Positions 38,892-48,975 of a stretch of 64,000 nucleotides of DNA are shown one piece after another. Source of the stretch: Verrucomicrobiota bacterium (GTDB lineage: Bacteria; Verrucomicrobiota; Verrucomicrobiia; Limisphaerales; SIBE01); contig JAIPJX010000004.1 of NCBI GenBank assembly GCA_021733945.1, forward strand, positions 12,579 to 76,578, in the 5' to 3' direction. Below the pieces are notes generated by a model that worked only from the letters and a program-made list of their open reading frames with translations, did not search any database and was not told where the DNA came from. The translations under genes were made by a program, and so were the position numbers. Each line of letters starts with the position of its first letter. Position 1 is the first letter of the stretch.

Positions 38892-39052
38892 GCGCGAACC
38901 GTCCCGGTGAGCGAATCGAACACAGCGGCTTCGGACACCCCGCGGCTCAGCGGGGACGCTTCGCCCTACCGCCGTTGGGAGGTATTCGCCCCCTGCCCCG
39001 GACACCTCCAAAAAGCTCGTCGTTCGTTCCAGATTACCAGCAGGGGCCGACA

Positions 39053-41086
39053 CTAATTGCGCATCGCACGCGGCCTCGGTCCCACCGAGCTCATGTCGAT
39101 CGGACGAAAGCCCATCTGCAAGGCTGGCGAAATCGAACGCAACCGGAAATCCCCTTTCTCAGGGGCCTCGAACAACGGATCGGCAACCACGGAATGAAGA
39201 TCATGTCCGCGCTGACGCCATTGTTCCAGGGAAACACCCGCAAAAACCATTGACTCCGGAGTCGCTCCAGGTCGCGCGTCAAAATAGAGATTGCCGTCGA
39301 TCAGGTAGTTGTCATTTGACCAATTGCTCCCCAGCAATTTGCCCGAATTGAAATAGACGATGTTGTTCGTGAACACAAACGACCGATGAGCTTCGGCGCG
39401 GGTACGCATCACCTGAAACTCACGGCCAAAAGCAAAGATGTTGTTTCGCACCACATTGTCCCGGCCATAATGTTGGTGAAATCCCGCGCTCTTGGTCCGA
39501 TACACCACATTGTTCTCCCAGAGAATATCCGTGCTCCCTTCATCCGGATACAGGCCCCAACCGCCGTAGGTAAACGCATCGACGTCGTGGATGAGATTGT
39601 TCCGGATGACGGTTCCTTTCTGAATGCCCAGCGTGTAGACCGCACCCATGTCGCTGAGCCTGGCCTGCCCGATGTCGTGCAGGTGGTTGAACTCCACCAC
39701 ATTCTCCCGGCACGGCGTCTCCCGGTATCCCCAGTTCCATCCCACCGAAATCGCCGTGTAGAACAGATCGTGAATATGATTGTGTGTGATCCGGTTCCCC
39801 CCGCTCTGGAGCACAAACACACCGACAGCTGGAGGGTAAACGCGACCCAGGGCGTGCATGTGATTGTCACTGACGACATGACCGTGGTTGGCTTCAAAGG
39901 CGGATTCCCGAATCGCAGGTTCACCCAGGCGCACCCCGCCCGCGCCGAGGTCGACCATCTCGTTCCCAACAATCCGCACGCGCCGGCAACCCCGCCCCAA
40001 CTCGACGGCGTATCCGGCGAGATGACTGAATACACAATCCTCGATCACGCAGTCCTCCATGCCTTCGGCCCGAATATCCCCGGGTGTCGCAATCGCAGCC
40101 TGGGTGTCGGCGTATCCGTTCTCCCCCAGAGTCCAGTCGGTGTGCGAGAAGGTCACCCCCCGCAACACAACATGCGCCACAGGTCGTTCCCCGGACAGAT
40201 CGCCCTGGAACCGCATCAACTCCTCCAACCGGGGTGCCACGACTTCGATCCCGGTCAAATCCTGCCCTGGCAATGCCCAGTACGTCAGCACACCACTCTC
40301 CCGATCGAGGTACCATTCGCCCGGTGCGTCAAGGGCGTCGGGTGTGTTCTCGATGAAGTAACGCGCGTTTTTTTCCTTGTTCGACGGACGCGGATCCCCG
40401 GAGAGCGTTGCGATCTGTCCGGCTTCGTCCACGCTCCGGATCTGCATCCGGATATCCGCCCAGGCCAAAAGCGCGATCACCTCAACATCCCCCCGGTCGG
40501 CCCACTCCCTTCGGATGTCACCCGGTGCGAACTTCAATTTCACCGGTTTGTCCTGCGGGCTCTCCCCCTGGATCCGGAAATACCCGTCGTTCGGCGTTCG
40601 AGCGCGCTGTGCGCGTTGTCCGTTCACAAACAATTGCCGGAAGTACCAGCGCCCCTCCTTCACGCCCGGAACAGCCACACGCCAGGCTCCCGGGCGTCCG
40701 TCAACCCGTTCCCATCCGGTGATCCTGCGACCACCACTCAGGATCGGTTTTTCGCCAGGATAATTCTCGATCACCATCGGTTGATCAGCGGCAACGCCCG
40801 AGTCCTCAGGGCCCAGCACAACGGGTTTCTCGAGTTCATACACCCCGCCACGGAGCACGATGCGAACACCTCCCGCCGCCTTCCTCTCCTCCGGTGACAG
40901 GGCACGGACCGCCTGGAGCGCGGCCTCCAGCGAAGCGAACGGTCCGTCCCGGCGATCAGCCGAGGCTTCCCTGGGTTGACCGGACCACGCGTCGTCCCCA
41001 TCCGGCGCAACATGGAACCGGAGCGCTGCCTCATTCACACCAGGCATCAGGAAGCAGGCCAACAGAAGCAGAGAAATCGCTTTCAT
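39053..41086 (-). CDS. Secreted right-handed beta-helix protein (GH141-like glycoside hydrolase)
   Basis: HVAPDGDDAWSG...DGPFASL, LFVNGQR..RARTPN, LDAPGEWYLD, DMGAVYTLG, YPDEGS. Confidence 0.82.
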   Translation of the reverse strand: MKAISLLLLACFLMPGVNEAALRFHVAPDGDDAWSGQPREASADRRDGPFASLEAALQAVRALSPEERKAAGGVRIVLRGGVYELEKPVVLGPEDSGVAADQPMVIENYPGEKPILSGGRRITGWERVDGRPGAWRVAVPGVKEGRWYFRQLFVNGQRAQRARTPNDGYFRIQGESPQDKPVKLKFAPGDIRREWADRGDVEVIALLAWADIRMQIRSVDEAGQIATLSGDPRPSNKEKNARYFIENTPDALDAPGEWYLDRESGVLTYWALPGQDLTGIEVVAPRLEELMRFQGDLSGERPVAHVVLRGVTFSHTDWTLGENGYADTQAAIATPGDIRAEGMEDCVIEDCVFSHLAGYAVELGRGCRRVRIVGNEMVDLGAGGVRLGEPAIRESAFEANHGHVVSDNHMHALGRVYPPAVGVFVLQSGGNRITHNHIHDLFYTAISVGWNWGYRETPCRENVVEFNHLHDIGQARLSDMGAVYTLGIQKGTVIRNNLIHDVDAFTYGGWGLYPDEGSTDILWENNVVYRTKSAGFHQHYGRDNVVRNNIFAFGREFQVMRTRAEAHRSFVFTNNIVYFNSGKLLGSNWSNDNYLIDGNLYFDARPGATPESMVFAGVSLEQWRQRGHDLHSVVADPLFEAPEKGDFRLRSISPALQMGFRPIDMSSVGPRPRAMRN

Positions 41087-41417
41087 AAGTATTTAAGAAT
41101 CCAAAAACCGTCATCAAACCTTGAACAGAGCAAACCACGAACCGGGCTGCAGACGAAAGGCCAAACACCGCGAGCGTTCGAGTGCTGCAGGACCGATGTC
41201 CACACCAATCAATCGCACTCATACCGAATACGGAATGTACAAGTTACCGGAAGATTGGTGTCTGCCGGGGCATCCGGCTTTGACAAACATCAATCCTTCA
41301 CACGAATTGGTGTGATTCCCAGGAAATCTCACACCACGGCCATCCGGCCACGAAAAGGTGGCGAGTACCGCCCTGCCATTCGTTCGAGGGATTCGGTGGC
41401 GGTGGGCGCGCCGCGTG

Positions 41418-41710
41418 GGTGTGTTGCACCGCTGGACGCGGCGCTTGTCTGTCGCAGCGCGACAGACTCCACCCTGCTGCATCCACCCTGCTGCATCCAC
41501 CCTGCTCCATCCACCCTGCTCCATCCACCCTGCTCCATCCACCCTGCTCCATCCACCCTGCTCCATCCACCCTGCTCCATCCACCCTGCTCCAGACTCCG
41601 CCCTGCCCGGCAGCTGCCTCCGCCGAGATCGTTCCCGGCGGCAGTCCGTTTGGAGCGCATGTTTGCAATCGGGATGGATTCCACGGCATGCCCCCCGAAG
41701 AACGACGTCC
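41418..41710 (-). repeat. Dispersed element (homolog of 21903-22060) containing a VNTR
   Basis: Shared CGTCGTTCTTCGG...GGAATCCAT...CGCTCCAAACGGACTGCC...GAACGATCTCGGCGG. Confidence 0.75.
41468..41593. repeat. Tandem repeat, 9 x 14 bp (TCCACCCTGCT(C/G)CA)
   Basis: Counted directly; units 1-2 have G, units 3-9 have C. Confidence 0.95.
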
Positions 41711-41771
41711 CCGGAGGCCGATTCGAAGCCGGCTCCTTTGACAGAGCACCGGATCGCTGGTATGGAATGAC

Positions 41772-43859
41772 ATGTCTCAAACGCCATTACTCCGGTGGTT
41801 TTCCTGCCTCCCAATCCGAACAACGGCAGCCTTGAGCCTTGCGATCCTGTTCACCCTCCTCTGCCTCGGAAAGCCAACGCATGCGGGCGAATGGTTCGTC
41901 GCCACGGACGGCGATGACACGTGGTCCGGCACGTTGGCGAAACCCAACGCCGGTCACACCGACGGCCCCTTGGCGACCCTGAACGCCGCCCGCGACAAGG
42001 TCCGGCAGCACACAACGAAGGAACCGGTGATCATCTCCATGAGGCAGGGCGTTTACGCTCTCAGCAGCGCCTTCGAGTTGACTGCGGCCGACTCCGGCAC
42101 GGCGCAGGCACCCGTAGTTTTCCGAAGTTATCCCGAAGAAACCGCAACGATCTCCGGAGGCCGGGAACTGGCGGCATTCCACAAACTGACGGATGCAAAT
42201 ATTCTGGAGCGTCTCCCGGCATCCGCCCGGGGCGAAGTGTGGGTGACCGATCTTTCCCGGGAAGGCGTCGTGGATTTCGGCACTCCGACGAGCGCAGGCA
42301 CACGGGCGGAACTGTTTTTTGATGGCGAACCGATGACGCTGGCACGCTGGCCGGACGAGGGGTTTGTGAAAGTACAAAAGGTGGTTGGAGGCAATCCGAT
42401 CACGGTCCACGGCATCACGGGAGATTCGATCGGCAAGTTCGTTTACGAAGGCGACCGCCCCGAACGCTGGAAAGCGGAGACGGATCTCTGGGTGCACGGC
42501 TATTGGTTCTGGGACTGGTCGGACGCATTCCAACCCGTGCAGGCAATCGACACCGGGGCCAGGACCCTTGATCTCAAGCCCCCTCACCACAACTACGGCT
42601 ACCGCAACGGACAACGTTACTACGCGCTGAATGCCCTGAGCGAACTCGACCGTCCCGGCGAATGGTACCTCGACCGAACCGCAGGGCGGCTCTACCTCTG
42701 GCCCCCCGCCTCTCCGACCGATCACCGGATTGTTTTTTCCGTATTGCCGACGTTGCTCCGCCTCAAGAACGCCTCCTGGATCACGTTTGAGGGGCTCACC
42801 TTCGAGGCCAGTCGGGGCACGGCGGTGACGATTGAAAACGGCACCGGAAACCGCATTTCAAACTGCCTGCTGCACGACATCGCGGGCTGGGCCGTGTCGA
42901 TCTCAAACGGCACCAACAACGGTGTATCCGGATGCGAAATCACGCAGGTCGGCGAAGGAGGCGTTTCTCTGAGCGGCGGAGACCGCATGCAATTGGTCCC
43001 CTCCGGGCATTACGCGGAAAACAATCACATCCACGGATTCGGCCGTATCTTCCGGACCTACCGACCGGCGGTGGGAATCGACGGGGTTGGCCAGCGTGTG
43101 GTTCACAATCTGATCCATGACGGTCCGCACAACGCCATTCAGCTCGGCGGAAACGATCATCTGATCGAGTTCAACGAGATTCATCACGTCTGCTACGAAA
43201 CCGGCGATGTGGGCGCGTTCTACATGGGCCGGGATTGGACCGCGCGGGGGACGGTCATTCGGCACAACCATTTCCACGACATACAGGGCCCGGGCCTGCA
43301 CGGTGCGATGGGCGTCTACCTCGACGATTCAGCCAGCGGCATCACCGTGTTCGGCAATGTTTTTCATCGCGCCGGACGGGCGGCTTTCATCGGTGGCGGC
43401 CGCGACAATCTGGTCGAGAACAACATTTTCGTCGACTGCACCCCCTCGGTGCATGTCGATGCGCGCGGTCTGGGTTGGATGCGCGATCACGTGGAGGCGG
43501 GCGGAGTGCTCCCCCAACGCCTGGCCGCGATGCCAACCTCGAAGCCACCCTGGAGCGAACGTTACCCGCGCCTCCTGGGTCTGCTCGACGACGAACCGGG
43601 AGCACCCAAGGGAAACCGGATCGTGCGCAACATCAGCGTGGGCGGCACCTGGAAGAACATCGAGAAAATCGCGGAACCCCTGGTGGTTTTCGAAGACAAC
43701 TGGGTTGATCAGGAGCCGGGCTTCATTGATGCCGCCCGGTTCAACTTCCAGCTCCGCAACGATGCCCCCGCCCTGCGAACAGGATTTAAACGCATTCCAA
43801 TCGAACAAATCGGACTGCTGCCCCGTTCGGAACGATCGGCGCCACCACCGCGGCCCTGA
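41772..43859 (+). CDS. Secreted right-handed beta-helix protein (GH141-like)
   Basis: FVATDGDDTWSG...DGPLATL, LARWP, LDRPGEWYLD, DVGAFY.GRDW, YLDD. Confidence 0.82.
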   Translation: MSQTPLLRWFSCLPIRTTAALSLAILFTLLCLGKPTHAGEWFVATDGDDTWSGTLAKPNAGHTDGPLATLNAARDKVRQHTTKEPVIISMRQGVYALSSAFELTAADSGTAQAPVVFRSYPEETATISGGRELAAFHKLTDANILERLPASARGEVWVTDLSREGVVDFGTPTSAGTRAELFFDGEPMTLARWPDEGFVKVQKVVGGNPITVHGITGDSIGKFVYEGDRPERWKAETDLWVHGYWFWDWSDAFQPVQAIDTGARTLDLKPPHHNYGYRNGQRYYALNALSELDRPGEWYLDRTAGRLYLWPPASPTDHRIVFSVLPTLLRLKNASWITFEGLTFEASRGTAVTIENGTGNRISNCLLHDIAGWAVSISNGTNNGVSGCEITQVGEGGVSLSGGDRMQLVPSGHYAENNHIHGFGRIFRTYRPAVGIDGVGQRVVHNLIHDGPHNAIQLGGNDHLIEFNEIHHVCYETGDVGAFYMGRDWTARGTVIRHNHFHDIQGPGLHGAMGVYLDDSASGITVFGNVFHRAGRAAFIGGGRDNLVENNIFVDCTPSVHVDARGLGWMRDHVEAGGVLPQRLAAMPTSKPPWSERYPRLLGLLDDEPGAPKGNRIVRNISVGGTWKNIEKIAEPLVVFEDNWVDQEPGFIDAARFNFQLRNDAPALRTGFKRIPIEQIGLLPRSERSAPPPRP

Positions 43860-43860
43860 A

Positions 43861-45204
43861 CTATTCCTCCGCCTCCGGGTCCTCAGGCACCACGGCACGT
43901 TCCAACCGGAGCCGGGAGACCCGCATGCCGTCCAACTCCTCGACATGGAGTTCGTGTCCACGCAGCGGGATTCGGTCGCCCACTTTTGGAAAACCGCCCA
44001 ACAAATGGGTCACGAACCCACTCGTGGTGGAGATCCCCTCCTCCTCGAGCGTCTCCCCCACCAGATCGGACAGGTCATGGAGAGGCAAAGCGCCGTCCAG
44101 CTGCCAGGTGCGATCGGTAAGCTTTTGAAGCAGGGGTTTTTCCTGGTCGAACTCATCCTGAATCTGGCCGACCAGTTCCTCGAGAATGTTCTCAATGGTC
44201 GCCATGCCGACCGTGCTGCCGTATTCATCGACGACAATCGCCATGTGGAGCCTACGTTCCAGAAACAGCTCGAGCAGTTTCTCCAGCCGCGCGGTCTCGG
44301 GCACGTAGATCAGTTTGCGCACGGAACCGACCAGGTCAGCACCTCGTTTGGCCGTGTCGCGCACGGCGTACAGATCCTTGATATGCACGACGCCGAGGGT
44401 GTGGTCCAGGTCGCCCTTTTCACAGAGCGGGAACCGCGAATACCGGGACTTTTCGGCCACATCGAGGCATTCGGCGATGGAGAAATCCGTGTCGAATTCC
44501 ACGATCTCGTGCCGGGGACGCATGACATCGCGGGCCACACGGCGGCGCAGATCGAGCGCGTTGAGCACGATCGCGCGTCCCAGCGAACTGCGCCCACTGG
44601 TGCCATGCGGGGAAGTGAACAAGAGCCTCAGTTCATCCTCCGAATGCGAGTGGGCGGCCTCCCCCTCCATGACCAGGCCGAACCTTCGCAGAATCCACCA
44701 CGAGGCGCGGTTGAGCATCCAGATGAACGGGAACGACGCGCGATGAAACCACTCGAGCGGCTCGGCCAGCCAGAGGGCGGTCGGCATCGGTTTCTGAATC
44801 GCGAGCGATTTGGGGGCCAGCTCACCGGCTGTGATGTGGAGGAACGTGATGATGGAGAAACCGACCACCACGGAGATGGATTCACGGACCCCTTCGGCAT
44901 GAATACCCGCCCAATCCATGATCGGGCTGAGGATGGCGGCAAACACAGGTTCCCCGACCCAGCCGAGCCCCAGACTCGCCAGGGTGATCCCCAGCTGACA
45001 GGCGCTGAGGTACGAATCGAGGTTGGACACCACCCGTCGGGCGATCTTGGCGCGGCGGTGCCCCCGGGAAACCAGGGCATCCAGCTGGGTGTCCCGAATC
45101 TTCACCAGCGCAAACTCGGCGGCGACAAAGAACCCGTTCAGCAGGACGAGGAATGCGACGATCAGGAGCTTGAAGCCAATGGCGAACAGAAGATCCGGGT
45201 TCAC
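43861..45204 (-). CDS. CNNM/CorB-TlyC family protein (DUF21-CBS-CorC)
   Basis: NGFFVAAEFALV, GELAPKS, YSRFP, VVDEYG, EELVG.IQDEFD. Confidence 0.9.
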   Translation of the reverse strand: MNPDLLFAIGFKLLIVAFLVLLNGFFVAAEFALVKIRDTQLDALVSRGHRRAKIARRVVSNLDSYLSACQLGITLASLGLGWVGEPVFAAILSPIMDWAGIHAEGVRESISVVVGFSIITFLHITAGELAPKSLAIQKPMPTALWLAEPLEWFHRASFPFIWMLNRASWWILRRFGLVMEGEAAHSHSEDELRLLFTSPHGTSGRSSLGRAIVLNALDLRRRVARDVMRPRHEIVEFDTDFSIAECLDVAEKSRYSRFPLCEKGDLDHTLGVVHIKDLYAVRDTAKRGADLVGSVRKLIYVPETARLEKLLELFLERRLHMAIVVDEYGSTVGMATIENILEELVGQIQDEFDQEKPLLQKLTDRTWQLDGALPLHDLSDLVGETLEEEGISTTSGFVTHLLGGFPKVGDRIPLRGHELHVEELDGMRVSRLRLERAVVPEDPEAEE

Positions 45205-46184
45205 AAGCTGACCTCGCCGAAAATCGATTTAAGGATGTCCTGAAGGCTTACGATTCCGATCTCGCGCTGGTCGATGCCCACGACAATCGCCAGGCGTTGT
45301 CCGGCTCGCTGCATCCTCTGGAGGACCTCCTCCAGACGGAGATCCTCCCGGAGATACAGGGCTGGTTGCACAAAGGCACCCGCCGGCTTCGATTCATCCA
45401 GCTCTTTCAGGTAAAGCATGCTCCTCAAACTCGCAATCCCCATCACACGCCGTCCCGCCCCTTCGGGCCGCCACACCGGCAGACGGGTAAAACCCGAATC
45501 GCGGCAGAGCTGGAGCAGCTCGCGCGCGGGCGTGTCGACCATCACCCCGACCACCTTGGCAAACGGGACGGTGACCGAACGCAGGGTGATGGTCTGGAGA
45601 TCGAGCACCCGGTTGATCATGGCCTTCTCCTCGGAGGTCAGGTCGTAATCCGCCTGCTGCATCACCACCCTGAGCTCACTGCGGTTGCCAAACACATGCC
45701 CTTTGAACTGGGTGCCGCCGCTCAACCAAAGGAGGCTGTTGGAAATCAGCGTCATCAGCGAAACAATCGGCGAGAGGATAAAATGAAAGAACCGGAACGG
45801 GAGCACCAGCAGCAGACACAACCGGGTGGGAAACAGTCGGAACAACATTTTTGGCAACAAATCGAACAGGGCGTGAACCACAAACGCCACGGCACCAAAT
45901 GCGAGAACAAATGCGATCGGGAAACCCGACAGCGCCTTGTGCAATCCCACGCCAAGAAGACTCAATGCCGTGAACGCAGCCAGGGAGTTCCCAACAAGAA
46001 TGGTCCACAAAAAATCTTCCGGTTCCTCCAGGTACCGGTGCAGGACCAGCGCCGAACGTTCTCCGGCGCGCACCTGCTGCCGGATCCGCAATCGGCTCAG
46101 GGCGAAAACCCCGGCCTCCATGCCGGAGAACAGAAACGATAATATGAGGCAGACCCCAATGAGAATTGCCAAGGAAACATTCAT
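45201..46184 (-). CDS. CNNM/DUF21-CBS protein lacking the CorC domain
   Basis: FSGMEAGVF, TILVGN, DLLPK, FTRLPV, DIL..IFGEV. Confidence 0.85.
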   Translation of the reverse strand: MNVSLAILIGVCLILSFLFSGMEAGVFALSRLRIRQQVRAGERSALVLHRYLEEPEDFLWTILVGNSLAAFTALSLLGVGLHKALSGFPIAFVLAFGAVAFVVHALFDLLPKMLFRLFPTRLCLLLVLPFRFFHFILSPIVSLMTLISNSLLWLSGGTQFKGHVFGNRSELRVVMQQADYDLTSEEKAMINRVLDLQTITLRSVTVPFAKVVGVMVDTPARELLQLCRDSGFTRLPVWRPEGAGRRVMGIASLRSMLYLKELDESKPAGAFVQPALYLREDLRLEEVLQRMQRAGQRLAIVVGIDQREIGIVSLQDILKSIFGEVSL

Positions 46185-46232
46185 TCAATCAATGCACCCA
46201 TACCGAGTCACCGCATCCCTTTTTAAAAAGTT

Positions 46233-47465
46233 TCATTTCCTGAAGACTTCCACCTGCAATTCCTTGATCCGTCGTTCATCCACAACCAGCGCCTTGAGGC
46301 GCAACCCGCCGAATCTGGCCGACTGCCCCTGAACCGGCACCACCCCCAGCTTGAGCAGCAGTAACCCGGCCATGGTATCCACTTCCGGCACCTCGCCCAG
46401 GGCGGGGTATTCCCGACGGAAATCGTCCAGACGCATCGTGCCATTCACGCGCCACTTGCCGTCCCCCAGCTTTTCCATGATGAACCCTTGAGCCTCACCC
46501 TCACTGTGAATCTCGCCCACCACCTCCTCGAGGATGTCCTCCATGGTTACCAGACCGGCGGTGCCGCCGAATTCATCCAGCACAATGGCCATCCCCCGTT
46601 GCTGGCGCTGCAGGCTCTTGAAGAGTTGCAGCAGATTCATGCTCTCGGGCACAAACGACGGGAATTCGATGGCTTCCGACAGATCGATCTGCGGGTTGAG
46701 CAGGAGCGTGCGCGTATTCAGAATGCCGACAATGGTGTCCGGCGTCTCATCAAAGAGAGCGATGCGGCGGTGCCGGAGAACCCGGGCGGCCGCGATCATC
46801 TCTGAAACGGGAAGATCGTCCGGAATCGCCGCCATCTGAGCCCGGGGCCTCATCACATCTCCCACGGTGCTCCGGTCCAGGTTGACCACCTGCAGGATGA
46901 TCTCCTTTTCCGATTTTTCCAGGGCACCCTGCTGATAACCCATCTCAACCAATTCCTGATATTCAGAATCGGTCAGCGTGGGACGGGCATGAAATGACCT
47001 GGGAACCAGCACGCGCAGCAGGAGCGTGTTCAACCGCGTGGCCACACCCCGCATCGGACCCGTCACCGCCCGAACCAGAAGGACCGTGCGCGCCAGGCGC
47101 AGGGACCACTGCTCCGGGGACCGCACCGCGAGGGATTTGGGGACCACCTCACAGACAACCAGCACAAAGACCACAAGTCCCGCAATCGTCCAGGCGATCG
47201 GCCACCCCTCCCGCAACGCCACCCAGAGGGAGATCCCGATGATCGCGGCATTTGAAAAGGTATTGCCAAGAACGAGAGTCCCGAGGAGGTCCTGCGGCGC
47301 CTTGAGGAGGTTGCGGACGCTCCCGCCGGACTTTGGGAATTCCGATGCCAGCAGGTCGATCCTCCATTTGCCAAGCGAAAAGAGAGCCGATTCAGCCAGG
47401 GCAAAGAAGAAACTGGCTCCGGCAAACAACAGAACTCCAATGAGCTCAACAACAGGCAACTGCAC
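46233..47465 (-). CDS. CNNM/CorB-TlyC family protein
   Basis: AESALFSL, EVVPKSLA, VLDEFGGTAGLVTMEDILEEVVGEI. Confidence 0.9.
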   Translation of the reverse strand: MQLPVVELIGVLLFAGASFFFALAESALFSLGKWRIDLLASEFPKSGGSVRNLLKAPQDLLGTLVLGNTFSNAAIIGISLWVALREGWPIAWTIAGLVVFVLVVCEVVPKSLAVRSPEQWSLRLARTVLLVRAVTGPMRGVATRLNTLLLRVLVPRSFHARPTLTDSEYQELVEMGYQQGALEKSEKEIILQVVNLDRSTVGDVMRPRAQMAAIPDDLPVSEMIAAARVLRHRRIALFDETPDTIVGILNTRTLLLNPQIDLSEAIEFPSFVPESMNLLQLFKSLQRQQRGMAIVLDEFGGTAGLVTMEDILEEVVGEIHSEGEAQGFIMEKLGDGKWRVNGTMRLDDFRREYPALGEVPEVDTMAGLLLLKLGVVPVQGQSARFGGLRLKALVVDERRIKELQVEVFRK

Positions 47466-47656
47466 GTAGCCGGAGTATCCTCCATAACTTCAGCTTACAA
47501 AAGGCAAAAAGCGTCCCAATCGAGATTCAGTTCCGATTTTCCCCTTCCTCCCCCCCACCGACCCGCGAAACCCGCCCCAATTCGCACTGACTCCGGGAAA
47601 TGACGGCTCAGGGAGCCCGGTGAACCCCGCACCCGCTTCTTCGACTGCCCCCCTTT

Positions 47657-48583
47657 TCAGGGCATTGCCGCGCCTTTCCGGATCCAATCGAGGATCATTC
47701 CGATTTCGTCGCTGGCCAGGGCCTGTTTTCCGGACGGCGGCATCACATCGTCATCGTCAGGTGGCAGCAGGATCCGTTCGACCAGGTAACTCCGGATCGG
47801 ATCGCCGGGCACAATGGCAGGCTCGCCGCTGTCGCCTCCTTTGAGCGCGATCTCGGGGAGATCCAGCCGATAGCCGCCCTTCTGCTTTTCAGGACCATGG
47901 CAGGAATAACATTTCTCCTTGAGAATTGGCATGATCGTCTCCACATACAAACTCTGTTGATCACTTAAACCGGAAGTCTGGACCTGGGCCGCAGCCTCAG
48001 GCTCGACCAGCTCCCGGATAAACGCCGGAGCGTTTTTCACCAAATAGTTGGCACCGTGTGTCAGGTTTCCTCCCAGATGCCCGGCGACACCCACCAGCAA
48101 AAGCGTGCCCACCAGCACCCCCCGATAGAGGCCGATCCAGATCCGGCACGAATCGTTCCGGAAGGCCAGTTTCTGGAAAACCAGGGTCGCCAGCGTCATC
48201 ACTGGCACCGCCATGCCGTAGGTCCGGTGAAGCTCGACAGCCTCCAGATCATACCCGCCCGTACCGGCTCGCATCCAACCGAAACCCGCAGCCACAATCC
48301 CCGCCCCAAGGCTGAGCCACAGAATCAGCGCAATGACCGGCCGCAGGGCTTCGCTGGGTCGGATCATTCGGTAGAATTCCAGAATGCCCACCACGGTCAG
48401 GAACCCGATTGGGAAATGCAAAACCACCGAATGGAACGGTGCCAGAAACGGGCTCCAATGAAAAAGGTCGGAACTTCCCGCCGGATCAGCGGCTTGAACC
48501 GACAGGCCGGACAAAATCATCAGGGAGAACAGACCGAGGGCGGCAACACAAGAATTTCTCTGAGTTAGATCACGACGATGCAT
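47657..48583 (-). CDS. DUF2231-like membrane domain fused to a planctomycete-type cytochrome c
   Basis: H.VVLHFPIG, GHLGGNLTHG, CYSCHGPEKQKGGYRLD, MPP..K...WI..GA. Confidence 0.85.
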   Translation of the reverse strand: MHRRDLTQRNSCVAALGLFSLMILSGLSVQAADPAGSSDLFHWSPFLAPFHSVVLHFPIGFLTVVGILEFYRMIRPSEALRPVIALILWLSLGAGIVAAGFGWMRAGTGGYDLEAVELHRTYGMAVPVMTLATLVFQKLAFRNDSCRIWIGLYRGVLVGTLLLVGVAGHLGGNLTHGANYLVKNAPAFIRELVEPEAAAQVQTSGLSDQQSLYVETIMPILKEKCYSCHGPEKQKGGYRLDLPEIALKGGDSGEPAIVPGDPIRSYLVERILLPPDDDDVMPPSGKQALASDEIGMILDWIRKGAAMP

Positions 48584-48975
48584 AATTTGGAAGCCAAGGT
48601 TCAGCCTCCCCAGTAAGCAGGAAGGTCCTCCTTTGTGTCGAGAAGGATTTCTCGGATCGCAGACAACGCGCCAAGGAGGCGCATCCGGAAAACAGGGTTC
48701 ATAGGCTCGGGCCATTAACACGCCCGGGGCCACAATGTGCCATCACAAATCTTGCTGAACTGCCACCAAATATTGTGAACATCCCTCGCGGGGACGTCGC
48801 AGGCTTGTAACTTGGTCGCCGATCCGGTTGATTGGGATCGAAGGATCGGTTTCGGCCATGAAGCCGATCCCTGGAACCATGCCTGTCCGGGAACTCACAA
48901 ACATCGCGGGCCGGGTGCCTGGGACGGACAAGGATGTTTCAAACAAACGCTGCGAACCTCTCCGGAGGAAACCAT

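Noticed and set aside
41468-41593. CRISPR array
   Set aside because: Contiguous 14-bp units with no spacers, and no cas genes
41219-41835. Several overlapping repeat-rich ORFs in the track
   Set aside because: By-products of a stop-free VNTR and a dispersed element, open in many frames
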